DNA from: a virus
Lineage: Duplodnaviria > Caudoviricetes
Length of the DNA: 56,417 bases
Strand: one strand, 5' to 3'
Virus record (IMG/VR): IMGVR_UViG_3300049783_000966
Coordinates: 1-56,417 of that record
Shown piece after piece: positions 55,755 through 56,417 of this stretch (its first letter is position 1; every line of letters begins with the position of its first letter). The translations under genes were made by a program, and so were the position numbers. The notes under the pieces are model-generated. The model saw nothing but the letters and a program-made list of their open reading frames with translations. It made no database searches and was not told where the DNA came from.

Positions 55755-56417
55755 TGGAACGTCCAAACAACATCATAAGCGCGCTGCGCACACCGGCACC
55801 AAAATCAAAGCTGCAAAATGCGGTGGGAATATCGCACTGGTTGAGCGTCACAACGGTTATCACAGAAGATGCCAAAATCTGGTTGGTGCGTGGGTATGAT
55901 CAAAGCAACCCCACTTTGTCTGCCTGTTCCCATGTTGCCGCTGTTGACCTTGATGACATCTACGGTGTGGTTGATCGCGACAACCCAGCTATCGATGACT
56001 TAGGCATCCGGTCTGAAAGCCACGTTCACTACACTGGTGATGGCCCTACTATAACAGAGATACCAACGCCTGTTGATGCGCCAAGCGTGACTTATCAACT
56101 TGAGCGCTCCTACATCGGTGATAACGAACAGTGGCGCGGCGATATGGTTAAGGTTGATTCCGTAAAATATCCAGATCGTAAAGTTGCGCAGTCCGAAGCT
56201 GACACGTTAAATGGCAAACCGTTCAGCGTGTTTTTCTGGCGCGTCCTGCCATCCACTGCGTCCGCTGCGCTTCCTCTGACATCTTTCGATACGTCGCAGT
56301 CCCTTGACGTAATTTGGGAAGCGTTGAGCAGTTACCGTGACGACTGCATTCCGGCTGGTTTTGATGAAAATGACAAAACTTGGGATGACGTCACCACTGC
56401 AATGGCGTGGATTACCG
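55754..56417 (+). CDS. 5' part of a hypothetical protein continuing across the junction to 303
   Basis: TAATG coupling; open frame to the window end. Confidence 0.75.
   Translation, partial: MERPNNIISALRTPAPKSKLQNAVGISHWLSVTTVITEDAKIWLVRGYDQSNPTLSACSHVAAVDLDDIYGVVDRDNPAIDDLGIRSESHVHYTGDGPTITEIPTPVDAPSVTYQLERSYIGDNEQWRGDMVKVDSVKYPDRKVAQSEADTLNGKPFSVFFWRVLPSTASAALPLTSFDTSQSLDVIWEALSSYRDDCIPAGFDENDKTWDDVTTAMAWIT
56162..56417. repeat. Terminal direct repeat, right copy
   Basis: See 1-277. Confidence 0.95.

Noticed and set aside
1-56417. tRNA/rRNA genes, inteins, introns, and DNA polymerase/primase/RNA polymerase genes
   Set aside because: No cloverleaf or T-loop signatures, intein termini, interrupted core genes or polymerase motifs were seen by eye; tRNAscan and Infernal were not run

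Overview
This window is an apparently complete, circularly assembled dsDNA phage genome of about 56.2 kb. Bases 1-277 overlap 56162-56417, with a 21-bp in-frame indel and two synonymous SNPs between the copies. The late region (minus strand, 15046-54962) has Bcep22/Lessievirus-like podovirus architecture: TerS, TerL, portal, scaffold, CsrA-like gene, N4-gp56-type major capsid, adaptors, tail fibre, GNAT, ejection proteins, a 4706-aa DarB-like polyvalent protein, a holin/endolysin/spanin cassette and a second fibre/depolymerase module. The early region has C5 and N6/N4 methyltransferases, two HNH proteins, a YdaU-like replication initiator, a Cro-like regulator, a stand-alone TSCPD domain, a tyrosine recombinase, an ASCH-like protein and a candidate anti-defence sponge fusion. 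An alphaproteobacterial host is inferred from a GTTC-N7-GTTC LexA box and the Cro/Rep types. The most interesting signals are: (1) a candidate self-contained phage Csr system, with a tandem CsrA-like protein and AGGA(A/U)-loop hairpins in the capsid, holin, DarB and TerS leaders, two of which share a late-promoter motif; (2) LexA boxes at early control regions in a phage with a recombinase but no recognisable CI; (3) a two-domain Acb2/Tad1-like sponge fusion; (4) a 97-codon module inside DarB bounded by 12-bp direct repeats. All assignments come from motif recognition by eye; no searches were run.
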